A stretch of DNA of 64,000 nt, taken from the NCBI RefSeq assembly GCF_006345805.1, contig NC_042999.1, forward strand, positions 2,852,001-2,916,000, in the 5' to 3' direction. The translations under genes and the position numbers were made by a program. Of the stretch, positions 1 through 12,595 are shown piece after piece (position 1 is the stretch's first letter; every line of letters starts with the position of its first letter). The DNA comes from Octopus sinensis (Eukaryota). The notes beneath the pieces are model-generated. The model was not told the origin of the DNA and made no database searches. It worked only from the letters and a program-made list of their open reading frames with translations.

Positions 1-100
1 ACTCTAAACATGAACAAAGAGAAAACACAACAACGCGAGGACACGGAACAAGTATAGTGTTATTGGACGCTCAGAAAAGGAAAGAAAGAAGGAGGATTTT

Positions 101-115
101 GTATGTATCTATACG

Positions 116-170
<55 letters not shown>

Positions 171-209
171 TTATACTTATTTATATATATATATGTATCT
201 ATATGTATG

Positions 210-262
<53 letters not shown>
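101..262. repeat. (TA)n/(TATG)n microsatellite
   Basis: Direct dinucleotide runs; source of the YI-rich spurious ORFs. Confidence 0.95.
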
Positions 263-265
<3 letters not shown>

Positions 266-329
266 GTTTAGATACATACAGACTCAGGTATTGTGAATAA
301 CTACAAAAGCAATAACATTAATAATCCTT

Positions 330-665
330 TCTACTATAAGCACAAAGCTAAAATTCGAGGGGAGGGGCTTAGTCGATAACATCGACTCCAGTACATAACC
401 GGTACTTATTTCATCGACCCCAAAAAGGAAAGGCAAAGTCGACCTCAGAGGAACAATAATATAAATAATAATAATTTGTACTATAGACACAAAGATGGAA
501 TTTTGAGGAGGATTTGGTCCAACATGTCGAGCCCAGTGTTCAGTTGTATCATATTTTATGGTCTCCCAAAAGGATTTAAACTAAAGTCGATCACGGTGGA
601 ATATGAACTCAGAAAGTAATAACAGATGAAATTCCGCTAAGCGTTTCGTCCGGTATGTTGACGAT
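330..665 (-). mobile_element. Two degraded copies of SINE family 2 (GGCGGCGAGCTGGCAGAA head)
   Basis: Reverse complement of GTCGACTTTGCCTTTC...GGGGTCGATGAAATAAGTACC matches the intact copies at 15938 and 49876. Confidence 0.7.
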
Positions 666-719
666 TATTACTATTATTGATGTCTGGGGAGAGTCATTCT
701 CTTTTAGTGCCTAATAATT

Positions 720-888
720 TAACACACTCACTGGTAAAAATTTCCATTCATTTCCTTCTTTATTTCTCTAACATTTTCATTGCATCTTGAGAGTCAACAA
801 CTATTGAAAATGTTGCAAGACACCATAAAAGTTTTCTAAAATAAAATAAATAAGTAAATGAGTGGAAATTTTACCAGTGAATGTGTTA
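720..888. mobile_element. MITE-like imperfect inverted repeat
   Basis: AACACACTCACTGGTAAAAATTTCCATTCATTT pairs with AAATGAGTGGAAATTTTACCAGTGAATGTGTT. Confidence 0.65.
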
Positions 889-1294
889 GATCCCACAAGC
901 TCACTGCCTTAATAATATTGAGATATATTATTGAAAGAAGTGATATAGCAATCACATTATTCTCAATGTTTTCTTGATGTTTGTATTTTTGAGAGAAGAC
1001 CATCATCTCGATACAAGCCACTTTTGAGCTTAGGTAGTTCGTTGTCCTTTAATTGTGTAAGTATACACCAAGAAGGTTGCCTACTTTAGACTAATTAATA
1101 ACATCGACAAGAGTTCTAGATTCTTCTAATCCAAAAGTGGGATCCAAATAGGCTATAGTTTTTCCCAGCTAGTAATATATTTTCGACTTCTGACTGGTCG
1201 ATAGTTTTATAAAGGACATCAGGTTGGAATGAAGTGTAATAGCACACAGTCACGTGGGAAGTACTTAGAAAATTATTTCTTAAGAGATATCTTT

Positions 1295-1685
1295 TATTCT
1301 TTTACTTGTTTCAGTCATTTGACTGCGGCCATGTGGGAGCACCGCCTTTTAGTTGAGCAAATCGACCCCAGGATTTATTCTTTGTAAGCCTAGTACTTGT
1401 TCTATCGGTCTCTTATTGCCGAACCGCTAAGTTATGGGGATGTAAACACACCAGCATCGGATGGCAAGCGATGTTGAGGGGAGGGGACAAACACACAAAC
1501 ACACACACACACATATATACATATATATATAGGATGGGCTTCTTTCAGTTTCCGTCTACCAAATCCACTCACAAGATTTTGGTCGGCCCGAGGCTAATAT
1601 AGAAGACACTTGCCCAAGGTGCCATACAGTGGGACTGAACCTGGAACCATGTGGTTGGTAAACAAGCTACTTACCACACAGCCAT
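1295..1685 (-). mobile_element. SINE family 1 (tRNA-like head, CORE-like CCTTGGGCAAGTG, internal microsatellite)
   Basis: Same sequence as the + strand copy at 35098-35553. Confidence 0.85.
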
Positions 1686-1719
1686 GAGTCGCCATGATAG
1701 ATCGGTAGCCACTACACAC

Positions 1720-1885
1720 ATTTTTTTCTCTCCTTGTTTCTCTCCTTGTTTTTTTTTCTGTGTTCCTTTCTGTAGAAGAGCATAGGCTCGAAAAGTAAAA
1801 GACTTCTTAATTCCCAAGTGTTATACTAATACATCTGTTTGTTTTCTACACCACCTGTCTTCTTGTGTTTTTGTCATGAATTCTC
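1720..1885 (+). mobile_element. Penelope-like repeat fragment with degenerate hammerhead-like motif (family E)
   Basis: CTTT-CTGTAGA-A-GAGC(ATAG)GCTC-GAAAAGTA-AAAG at 1766-1801; related copy on the minus strand near 57745-57840. Confidence 0.5.
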
Positions 1886-2010
1886 TCTCTCTCTACACAC
1901 ACACACATATATATATATATGTACACATATATATATACATACATATACATACATTGTGTGTACGTATGTATATGTATGTATGTATATTCCTACATACATA
2001 CATACATACA

Positions 2011-2071
<61 letters not shown>

Positions 2072-2134
2072 TCACATATGTATATGCATTTTCATATATA
2101 TTACCTTTAGTTATATGTATCTATATATATATTC

Positions 2135-2889
2135 ACAATGGCTGAAGATAGTTGTGTGCAAAAGTGCTACACCCTAGCAGTTGAGGGAACCTGTGGAAGA
2201 GGTAGACCCAGGAAAACCTGGGACGAAGTGGTGAAGCACGACTTTCGATCTTTAGGTCTCACCAAGGAAATGACTAGAGACCGAGACCTATGGAAGTATG
2301 CTGTGCGTGAGAAGACCCGGCAAGACTAGTGAGGCCATAACCCGTGACCCCTACCTGGGACGTAGTCAGTCCACCTGTGCATACCTTCCTTCTTGTGACA
2401 CTTGTGAAGACCTGTTGAGGCAAGTGAAAATCAAATCAAATCAAATCAAAAAATCAAACAAAATCAAAATAGATGAACATCAATGGAATTTGTATCTTTG
2501 TGGTACCAGTGCCGGTGGCACACGAGAAAACCATCCGAGCGTGGCCGTTCGCCAGCCTCGTCTGGCACCTGTATCGGTGGCACATAAAAACACCATCCGA
2601 GCGTGGCCGTTCGCCAGCCTTGTCTGGCACCTGTGTCGGTGGCACATAAAAACACCATCCGAGCATGGCCGTTCGCCAGCCTCGTCTGGCACATGTGTCG
2701 GTGGCACATAAAATCACCCACTACACTCTCGGAGTGGTTGGCATTAGGAAGGTCATCCAGCTGTAGAAACACTGCCAGATCTGACTGGCCTGGTGCAGCC
2801 TTCGGGCTCCCCAGACCCCAGTTGAACCGTCCAACCCATGCTAGCATGGAAAGCGGACGTTAAATGATGATGATGATGATGATGATGAT
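2135..2889 (+). mobile_element. RTE-clade LINE 3' end (ORF C-terminus, 3' UTR VNTR, (GAT)n tail)
   Basis: ORF 2138-2329 GTCGRGRPRKTWDEVVKHD...DRDLWK is a typical RTE C-terminus; ~62-bp tandem units; GAT tail. Confidence 0.9.
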
Positions 2890-3279
2890 ATACACACATA
2901 GTTTGCATGTACTGATATTTATACCTACTTACACACCTACCTACCTACCTATATATGCACACACACACACATACCCCATCGTCACTTTGATAGCATATGA
3001 ACGTGTACGTGTGTGCATAGGAAAGTATTTGTAATAAACGGGAGCAATTTCGCAAATGCTCTCGTATAATGTCTCATCAATTTCCAATCATTTTTACAAT
3101 AATTTACAAAATAACATTAAAATTAAATTTTACTGAGTTGTTTCATATCACATAGCTATTATGGTCTAAAGAGTTTTATATTTTATCTTCTCTTTATCTC
3201 TCTGTGTGTATCTCTTCTGTATCATTTTCTCCCTGAATATCTATCTATCTATCTATCTGTCTATTTTTCTGTAGGCTTT

Positions 3280-3500
3280 TCTTTCTACGGATAAACCTTA
3301 TCTGCTTCCCCCTTTACACTTTACATCATGACATTTCTGTGATACATGATCCCTATTTATCGTTTTATTTTTCCTTTCTACGATCCCTTTTGATCAAAAA
3401 CCTACCCCACTATTGTTTTTCTCTCCCCAAAAAGAAAAGCTCTACTTTGAAATTTGTCCCGTCTGTGTCCAGCCCCCTGTGTGGCTAATAAAGAAACATA
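3280..3500 (+). mobile_element. Probable LINE 3' UTR sharing its terminus with SINE family 2
   Basis: Ends TTTGTCCCGTCTGTGTCCAGCCCCCTGTGTGGCTAATAAAGAAAC, like the SINE tail at 16125-16165. Confidence 0.5.
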
Positions 3501-3844
3501 TCTATCTGTCTATCTATCTATATCTATATCTATCTATCTATATCTATCTATCCATCTATCTACCTACCTGTCTGTCTACCTATCTATCTATCTAAATGTG
3601 TGTGTGTGTGTGTGTGTACATGTACAAATTTAAATGTTTTCTCTATCTCTGTTCCTTCCAATATGTATATAGATAGATACAAATACACAAACACACATAT
3701 GTACACAAACACACACATGAACTGACTCGGGGTTTATATGTTCTTTGGTTATTTTTCATTTCTTTATAACTAACGAAGCCAATCTTTGTGAGCTGAAATA
3801 ATTTTATAAGTTGTAAAACAAAAAGAAATAATTAACAAGCATGA

Positions 3845-4513
3845 AGGTGGTGAAGCACGACCTTCGGACGTTAGGTCTCACCATGGAAATGACTAGAGAC
3901 CGAGACCTATGGAAGTATGCTGTGCGTGAGAAGACCCGGCAAGACTAGTGAAGCCATAATCCGTGGCCCCTACCTGGGACGTAGTCAGTCCACCTGTGCA
4001 TACCTTCCTTCTTGTGACACTTGTGAAGACCTGTTGAGGCAAATCAAATCAAAGTCAAATCGAATCAAGTCAAACCAAATCAAAATAGATGAACATCAAT
4101 GGAATTTGTATCCTTGTGGTACAAGTGCCGGTGGCACATAAGAAAACCATCCGAACGTGACCGTAGCCAGTACCGCAACGACTGGCCTCCGTGCTGAGGG
4201 CACGTAACAAACACCATCCGAGCGTGGCCGTCAGCCAGCCTTGTCTGGCACCTGTGTCGGTGGCACATAAAAAACACCATCCGAGCGTGGCCGTCTGCCA
4301 GCCTCGTCTGGCACCTGTGTCGGTGACACATAAAATCACCCACTACACTCTCGGAGTGGTTGGCGTTAGGAAGGGCATCCAGCTGTAGAAACACTGCCAG
4401 ATCTGACTGGCCTGATGCAGCCTTCTGGCTCCCCAGACCCCAGTTGAACCGTCCAACCCATGCTAGCATGGAAAGAGGACGTTAAACGATGATGATGATG
4501 ATGATGATGATGA
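3845..4513 (+). mobile_element. RTE LINE 3' end
   Basis: Closely similar to 2228-2889; (GAT)n tail. Confidence 0.9.
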
Positions 4514-4624
4514 AGATAGTGATACAATTTAACTTGGGAGTGGCTAAGCCAAATTTATTGTCTTCTAAGTCCATGTGCAGGAAAAGGCCGAGTGGATGAC
4601 GTTTGTTACTTGACATTGGACTTA

Positions 4625-5082
4625 AGGCGGTGAGTTGACAAAGATGTTAGCATGCCAGGTGAAATGCTTAGCGGTATTTTGTCTGTCTTTATGTTCTGAG
4701 TTCAAATTCCGCCAAGGTTGACTTTGCCTTTCTCCTTTTGGGGTCAATAAATTAAGTACCAGTTACACACTGGGGTCGATATAATCGATTTAATCTGTCT
4801 GTCTGTCCTTGTTTGTCTCCTCTGTATTTAGCCCCTTGTGGGTAGTAAAGAAATAGGCATTTTGTCTGCCTATGTTCTGAGTTCAAACTCCACCAAGGTC
4901 GACTTTATGTTTCATCTTTTCAGGGTCGATAAATTAAGTACTTTTTGCGTACTGGGGACAATCTAATCGACTGGTCCTCTCCCACAAAATTTCGGATCTT
5001 GTGTCTAAAGAGGAAAAGGATTTTGGACATAAAAGAAGAGAAATGTTTCGACAAACGGATGTTAAATGATGATGATGATATG

Positions 5083-5130
<48 letters not shown>

Positions 5131-5725
5131 GGACTTTCCAGTTGTTAGACAATGTATGAACCTTCAGCAATTATCATATCGACATTACCTGTATATGGAA
5201 GCAAACCAGAGATAAATTTGCTGAAAATATAAATTGCGGCAGAACATTTTGGGAATGTTATGTATAATTGCAATCTAAAACCTATTTAATGTTAGGGATA
5301 TGGGAAGACGGGTAACTGAGAGAACCATTAGCATGCCAGGTAAATTGCTAAGCAGCATTCATCCATCTTTACGTTCTGAGTTCAAATTCTGCTGGGCTTG
5401 ACTTTGCCTTTCATCCTTTAGAGGTTGATAAAATACCATTAGAACACTAGAGTCTAATCCACTTGCATCTCCCTAAGTTGCTGGCCTTGTGCCAAAATTT
5501 GAAACCAATATTGTTTATATGGGAAAATGGCGAGGTGACTGAACGAGCAAAGTGCTTAGCGGCATTTCATCTACTTTCAGGTTTTGCGTTCAAATTTCAT
5601 TGATGCAAACTTTGCCTTTCATCCTTTTAGGGTCAATAAAATAAGTACCAGTTGAGCCCTGGGGTCGATGTGATCGACTTATTCCTCCCCTAAATTGTTA
5701 GCACTGTGTTAAAATTTAGAATCAA
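4625..5725 (+). mobile_element. Cluster of SINE family 2 copies
   Basis: Four partial repeats of GAGTTCAAATTCC...GACTTTGCCTTTCATCC...GGGTCGATAAATTAAGTACC. Confidence 0.8.
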
Positions 5726-5993
5726 TATTATGGATATGGAGAGTAGCAGAAAATCATCTTCATTGCTGTTGTTACTTTACATCCAGGTTTCCATACAAGC
5801 TTGTGTTTGAATATGTTTTCTGACGTTGCAATAAAAAATTTTATGAATATCTTATGTTTCTGAGAAAAGTATTCAGATGAGAAAACGAAACATTTAATAA
5901 TTATATTAAGACCCTGATAAATTATTCTGAGGCAGAAACAGTATTTATCATTAATCAACTGAGAAAATCAAGATAACTTATTTTCCATATAAA

Positions 5994-7253
5994 ATCATCA
6001 TCATCATCATCATCATCATCGTTTAGCGTCCGTTTTCCATGCTAGCATGGGTTGGACGGTTCTACTGGAGTCTGTGAAGCCAGAAGGCTTCATCAGGCCC
6101 AGTCAAATCTGGCAGTGTTTCTACGGCTGGATGCCCTTCCTAACGCCAACCACTCCGTGAGTGTAGTGGGTGCTTTTTACGTGCCACCCGCACTGGTGCC
6201 AGACAGAGCTGGCAAACGGCCACGAACGGATGGTGCTTTTTATGTGCCACCGGCACGAGGGCCAGGCGAGGCTGGCAACGGACACGAAACGGGGCGGTGC
6301 TGGCAACGGTCGCGAAACGGAAAGTTCTCTTACATGCGACAGGCACTGGTAACACATCTGCAATTTCCATTGATCGATTTCCATTGATCGATTTCGATTC
6401 TGATCGTCACTTGCCTCAACGGGTCTTCACAAGCAGAGTTTTGACATGCCACCGGCACTGGTAGCACATCCGCAATTTCCATTGATCGATTTCGATTCTG
6501 ATCCTCACTTGCCTCAACACGTCTTCACAAGTAGAGTTTTGTGTCCCAAGAAGGGAAGGTATGCATACGTAGGCTGGCTCCATCCCAAGTAGAAGGCCAC
6601 GGGTTATGGACTCACTTGTCCTGCCGGGTCTTCTCGCGCACAGCACACTTCCAGAGGTCTCGGTCTCTAGTCATTTCCTCAGTGAGACCTAAAGTTCGAA
6701 GGTCGTGCTTCACCACCTCGTCCCAGGTTTTCCTGGGTCTGCCTCTTCCACAGGTTCCCTCAACCGCTAGGGTGTGGCACTTTTTCACACAACTATCTTC
6801 ATCCATTCTCGCCACATGACCATACCAGCGCAAACGTCTCTCTTGCACACCACAACTGATGCTTCTTAGGTCCAGCTTTTCTCTCAAGGTACTTACACTC
6901 TGCGAGTGTGAGTACCGGCATTACACATCCATCGGAGCATACTGGCTTCATTTCTAGCGAGCTTACGCATATCCTCAGCAGTCACGGCCCATGTTTCACT
7001 GCCATGTAGCATGGCTGTTCGTACACACGCATCGTACAGTCTGCCTTTCACTCTGTGCGAGAGGCCTTTTGTCACCAGCAGAGGTAAGAGCTCTCTGAAC
7101 TTTGCCCAAGCTATTCTTACTCTAGCAGTTACACTTTCAGCACACCCGCCCCCGCTGCTGACTTGGTCACCTAGGTAACGGAAACTATCAACTATTTCTA
7201 GTTTTTCTAGTTTTTCTCCCTGGAAAGTGACGGAAGTTGGTCTCAGAGCATTT
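5994..7253 (-). mobile_element. 5'-truncated RTE LINE with reverse transcriptase C-terminal remnant
   Basis: Minus strand reads VDSFRYLG...KGRLYDACVRTAMLHGSETW...RRLRWYGHVARM...GRGRPRKTW, with a frameshift near 6890; (CAT)n tail at 5994-6019. Confidence 0.93.
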
Positions 7254-7659
7254 TATTCATAATAATTGAATTACTGATCTGTTGTTTATGTATCCTGATT
7301 CGATCCATTAATTCTGTTCCTATTTACCCTATGTAGATCTTCTTGTATTGAGAATATGCAATGCAATAAATGAGGAATTTTCTGCTTTGGAATTTATATT
7401 TGCTTTAGTCTTGGATTCCTTCCCAACAAAAATCTTAAAGGACTCTTAACAGAAACCAAATTTACATAGGACAAAGAAATTATAAGAATAACAAGCTATG
7501 AAGACATTCATTGCGGAATATTTGAACAGGATAAAATGTTCAAAAATGGGAAGAAAGATATATTCTATATGGTTGTAAAATAGACAAATTTAAGCTGTTA
7601 AAAGCCTAAGAAAATAAACAAAATTGATTATGCGTGTTTTATATACACTGCTTATATTA

Positions 7660-8045
7660 GTTGGAATGACATCCTCATCTGGATTGTCGTTTTCACTACA
7701 TTTTGGCTCTTTACTTTCCAGCCTTCTTCAGCGTTTTGGGGGTTTTTTTTTTGCGATTCACCTTAGTTTCTTGCCTGGGATTGAGCACAGAATTTCTGTG
7801 TCTGAACTGCATTAACCAGCGCCTTTATTCATTATGCTATGTCTGTAGGGAGTGACCGAGTGAAATTTTAAGGTTTATAAACCTCAATTCATATCGCATG
7901 TCAGCTCTGTACCAATTGGATGATACAATTCTATATTTGTGAGATGAGGAATTTATATTATTGACACTGTTTTTATTAGTCAGGCTGGTGTCCTCCTCAT
8001 CTTGATTGTTTCTTTCACCGAAGCCTCTATCAGGTTTCTTGTGCA
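7660..8045 (-). mobile_element. Old degraded copies of the tRNA-head/hammerhead element (family A)
   Basis: CCAGCCTTCTTCAG, TGCCTGGGATTGAGC and TTCTATATTTGTGAGATGAGGAATT resemble the copy at 61535-61800. Confidence 0.5.
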
Positions 8046-8699
8046 TATAATGAATTCATTATTCAGATTTTATTCTTGTAAATATCTTGGTATCGACCAG
8101 ATTATCAGATATTGTTATACATCGCTGGTCACAATGTGCTTCACAGTGTTTTAGTTTGCGAATGACTCTACTTCGCTGACTTGGCAAACAGGCCAACATT
8201 CCGTTTGATTGGAAGGCTATTCCATTGCAAGATTGCTTATTTAGAGATGAGTGAACTGGACCAACACAAAATGAAGTGTTTTGCTCATGAAAATAACACA
8301 CCGCTCAGTTCTGGAATTCAAATTGTGATCTAGTAATCGAGAATGTAATAGCCTAGCCACCAGGCCACACGAATTCACATGTTGTAAATATGACCATGTA
8401 AATACATTAGAAGAAGATAAATAAAAGTTTAATACAAAGAAGTGGAAGAACAGGAATAAAGAATCATAGAATCAGTATTTAAGTTAAAGGTAAATTGAAT
8501 TTTATTGTAAATACAGAGAAAGAATAGAAAAAAATTAAAGTGCTTAAAAGAAATTTAATTTTGTTGTAAATGTATGTAAATTGAAAAAAGACGGTTATTT
8601 ATAAAAAAGAACAAGAATGATATTATGACATGAATAGGAATGTGAATATTCTAAAGAAACTTGAATATGGAACTGGTTGGAGGAGTCAAATAAGTTGAT

Positions 8700-8945
8700 T
8701 CATTTATTCTTTTATTTGTTTGTCATTTGACTGAAGCCATGCTGAAGCACTGCCTTTAGTCGAACAAGTTGACCCCTAAGATTTATTCTTTGTAAGCCTA
8801 GTAGTTATTCTATCGCTCTCTAAGTTATGGGGAAGTAAACACACCAGCATCAGTTGTCAAGTGATGTTTGGGGGACTAACACACACACACACATATACAA
8901 TGGGCTTCTTTCAGTTTCCGTCTACCAAATCCACTCACAAGGCTT
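8700..8945 (-). mobile_element. SINE family 1, partial
   Basis: Matches the family tail and GGATTTGGTAGACGGAAACTGAAAG on the minus strand. Confidence 0.8.
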
Positions 8946-8949
8946 CTGG

Positions 8950-9280
8950 AAACATGGGTGTTTCATTCAACATCCTTAAACAACACTCATTCATGGACCT
9001 TTTGAACGGGATGGGCTACTTGACCAGAAGAAAATTCTAACTGGGCCCCACATGTTAGGTTATGTGCTGTTTATCTTGATAAGATCACCATGACATGAGA
9101 TGACAATGTCGTGCACATATGGTTGTGATGCATGTGCCTAGTGTACCCTTGTCAGACGGGTAGTCATGATGGGTATACCGGGCTTCGTATATTTTACCCC
9201 AGTGTCACTTTGATGGCATGCACTGCTCTCTCTCACTCAATAATAATAATAGTAATAATAATCATAATAATAAGAATAAC
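8950..9280 (+). mobile_element. Retroposon 3' end with (TAA)n tail
   Basis: The same sequence recurs inverted at 51115-51292 and 52567-52744. Confidence 0.7.
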
Positions 9281-9421
9281 ATCGAAAAATACCTTAGGAA
9301 TGAGAACCCAGGTTCAAAATTTCCCCAGGACTCCTGTTGAAGGCTGGAGGGTACATCAGCCGAAACGTTGTGTTAACAATAAACAAGATGAGGACAAATA
9401 TCCATCAAATGTAAATAATGT
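9281..9421 (+). mobile_element. Family A element, 3' half; hammerhead core mutated (CTGTTGA)
   Basis: CTGTTGA-A-GGCTG..CAGCC-GAAACGTT-GTGTT at 9329-9374. Confidence 0.75.
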
Positions 9422-10097
9422 CTCATGGATTTGTTACATTGTTAGTCAAAGTGTTTGGTAATTTTGTTCTAGCTCCTTACATTCTGTGTTCAATCCAACA
9501 GAAGTCAATTTTACCTTTTATTCTCCTGGATCCAATAGATAATATCCATAGTGGAACAAAATTTTGGTGGTGCTTATACCAAATCTTTATTTCGAAGTCC
9601 CCAAGAAGATGTGGAAAACAACCTATCTGTACCCAACAAACTGGTGTCTTGTAAAACGATACTTGAAGGAAAGCAACCTTTGTGTTCTGTGAAGATTCCA
9701 TTATAAGCACATAATGCTCTCTTATAGGATGTCCTCAGGAGCCATTCATCATCTTGAAAGCACAGAAAGAAAAACATACATAAATCATAAATATGGTTTA
9801 CGTAAAGTTATGTTTCGTAACATTGAATATTGTTAAGCGAATATGTTATGCAATATTGTGATAACTCCTGAAAAGAATTTACCGCTTGTCACCATATAAA
9901 ACAGTCAGTTGCTTTCTTTATTTCTCTGCACTTACCTAACAATGTTCCTTTATAATAATAATAATAATAATAATAATAGTAATAATAATAATGAAATTAT
10001 TGTATACGGTGCTCAGGTGCACCACAACTTGTCAAAAGTGCGTATAAAGCATATGCAGTAATGTACAAATGTCTGGAAAGTGAACAATGTATGAGTC

Positions 10098-10485
10098 CAT
10101 CCCCTCCTCACCGTGGTGGTGATGCTGGCAATGGGTAGTGTCAGAGCTATGCCGTCGGGAACTTCAGTTCCTGGTAGGGCCACCCAAGGCAGATTGGTCT
10201 GACACCAAGTGGTATTAGGGCCACAACCCAGCAAATGGGGCTCTGGTGAAAATCCTCAGAGTGTCTGTTTCGTCAACCGGCGGCACCTCAGTCATTCTGT
10301 CCCTGCGTCTGCGGACAATCTGCGGCAAACAGGATGTCTCCACATGCGGGATTGTTGGGGACCATTTGTGAAATTCATATTCCCACGAAACTTCTTTCAC
10401 TGCCATGGTTCGAAATGCCTCGAGGGTGGTAGAAGAAGCCGACTCAACCCGCCCAGGTTGAATGTCGCCACAAGTACTAGTAAGT
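10098..10485 (+). mobile_element. RTE/BovB-like 5' UTR segment inserted in another repeat
   Basis: GC-rich island with CTCACCGTGGTGG...GAGCTATGCCGTCGGGA...CCTGGTAGGGCCACCCAAGGCAG, resembling RTE 5' leaders (recalled, not searched). Confidence 0.55.
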
Positions 10486-11239
10486 AAGTGTATGGAGGGG
10501 AGAAAATCAAATGTAGTGTTGGCGAATCTCAGGATTCTAACTCCAGCACATTATAAATACTCTTGATAGTTTCAAAATACAAGGTTGTCCCATATTTGAA
10601 CGACCTACATCAGTTACTGGAAGAGTTGTACTCACTTTTGTACTGCTTTTAGTACAGAACTTGTATACATTGTCCTATAATTAGGACACTAAATGAGAAC
10701 ATTAAATAAGCTATATCACATTGTCTCAGTGTCCTATTTATAGGACACCGATCATTTCCATTTCTACTTGAAGTAAAAGAGTTTTAATAATTATTTTTTT
10801 TCATTTTAACCTATTTTCATTCATCTGTAAAAATTTAAAAGTAATATTCAGAAATCTAAGTACTCTGGGACTTAATGGGTTAAGACCAATTGTTTTAGAA
10901 TCAGTAAAGAATATTAGATATATCTACGATACTTTCAAAATACAGTAAACATCTCATGTCTAAACAACCAAAGAAAATTATGCCCATTTTCCTGTTACAT
11001 TCAGTGCAACCCACGTCAGAAGCTTAAGACCAATTCTATTGAATCAATTTAGGTCTGTCATGAGCCCCCAAAATCATAAAACCAGTGAATAACCTGGCTT
11101 TCGTAGTGTATAAGTTAGTGAGATTACAACACACCCCACTGGATTGAACGACAGTCTTTCGCAGGGTTAACTTCCCTGCGATTGCTGGATTTTATTTAAT
11201 TTGAGTGGAATGGAGCAATGGGAAATGAAATGGTCTGCT

Positions 11240-11700
11240 TAAGCACTCGGTCGGTTACAACGATGAGTGTTCCAGTTGATCCGATCTACAGGACAGCCTG
11301 CTCGTGAAATTAATGTGTAAGTGGCTGAGCACTCCACATTACACACATGTACCTATTTCTTTACTACCCACAAGGAGCTAAACATAGAAGGGACAAACAA
11401 GGACAGACAAACAGATTAAGTCAATTACATGGACCCCAGTGCGTAACTGGTACTTAATTTATCAACCACGAAAGGCTGAACGGCACAGTAGACCTCGGCG
11501 GAATTTGAACTCAGAATGTACCGTAAACGTAGTTCTCAGGGAGATTCAGCGTGACACAGAATGGGACAAGGTTGGCCCTTTGATTTACAGGTGCAACTCA
11601 TTTCTACTAACTGAGTGGAATGGATATAACACGCTGCCAGGAATCGATCTCACGAGATTATGACCGTGAACCAAATACTCTTAACAATTAGGCCACGCAT
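11240..11700 (-). mobile_element. SINE family 3-related copy with nested family 2 SINE (about 11355-11520)
   Basis: Host sequence ...CACATGTACC resumes as ...CCGTAAACGTAGTTCTC after the insert. Confidence 0.7.
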
Positions 11701-12595
11701 TTCAAATTCAAGAACACAACACACAGCCTGCTCTGTGAATCAAGACTGGAATCTTACGATCTGATTTCAACACCCTAACCCCTAGACCATGCAACTTTAA
11801 CGAATCAATCAAACATTTTCTGCTAATTGTTTTATTATTGAACCTAGGTAAAAATTTTAATTTCTAAATTTTTCAAACTTTTCTGCCAAATCACAATCCT
11901 TGTGTTTTCAATTAAGATCTGAAACTTTTGATTCAGTTAATTATCTTTATTTATTTTTAAATTACCATTGTGTAACTTCGATTTTATGCAGATGCATAAT
12001 CGTTCCCAAACATGGTTGTTATAAGAACCTTTAGAATTGTGCCGTTATGTTAATGAATATTGCCTTTGGCAATATCTTCGATGGAAATTCATTTCATTGA
12101 ACAGACACCAATATATTTACAATCTCACAAGATTCCATAACATCGCTTCATTTATTTAAAGGTAATCTTGTGTGACTTAAGATACCACTGATTAAGTCCA
12201 TTCTTGAAAACCGTTTCCTATTTTACCTTCATTGCCTCCATAGAGAATCCAAGATTCTATTCTATAAAATAGATGTTGTTTTTGATTAATCCTCTAATAC
12301 TTTGAAGAACAACAGCGTGGAAAACACATATTAACCATTTACAAGATGCATTCTAGAAGTTTTGAAACTTGTTTTAGGAGAAGCAGTTGAAAATGCCCTT
12401 GATTATTGTAAGTTTAGAATATCATTACTATATGTATAATGTGCTGACCTGCCAACTTTTGTTATTCCAAACTAAAGGAAACGGCTGTAAGAACACTTTG
12501 AACACATCCTGCTAAACATTGCTTATCAGAGCTGACTAGTTTTCAGAAAATAGTTGGAACATGAAGATAGTTTAGAAACTTTCTTTGTAATAAAG

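Noticed and set aside
71-300. YI/HT/CV-rich ORFs here and at about 1.9, 15, 16.2, 23, 54 and 57 kb
   Set aside because: Translations of di- and tetranucleotide microsatellites
9578-9752. Possible minus-strand exon DEWLLRTSYKRALCAYNGIFTEHKGCFP
   Set aside because: Weaker AAG acceptor, ambiguous donor, no recognisable homology and no partner exons
10670-10883. GTCCTATAATTAGGAC short palindromes and a GGGTTAA end
   Set aside because: Probably a one-ended piggyBac-like relic; no matching left TIR was found, so no element was called
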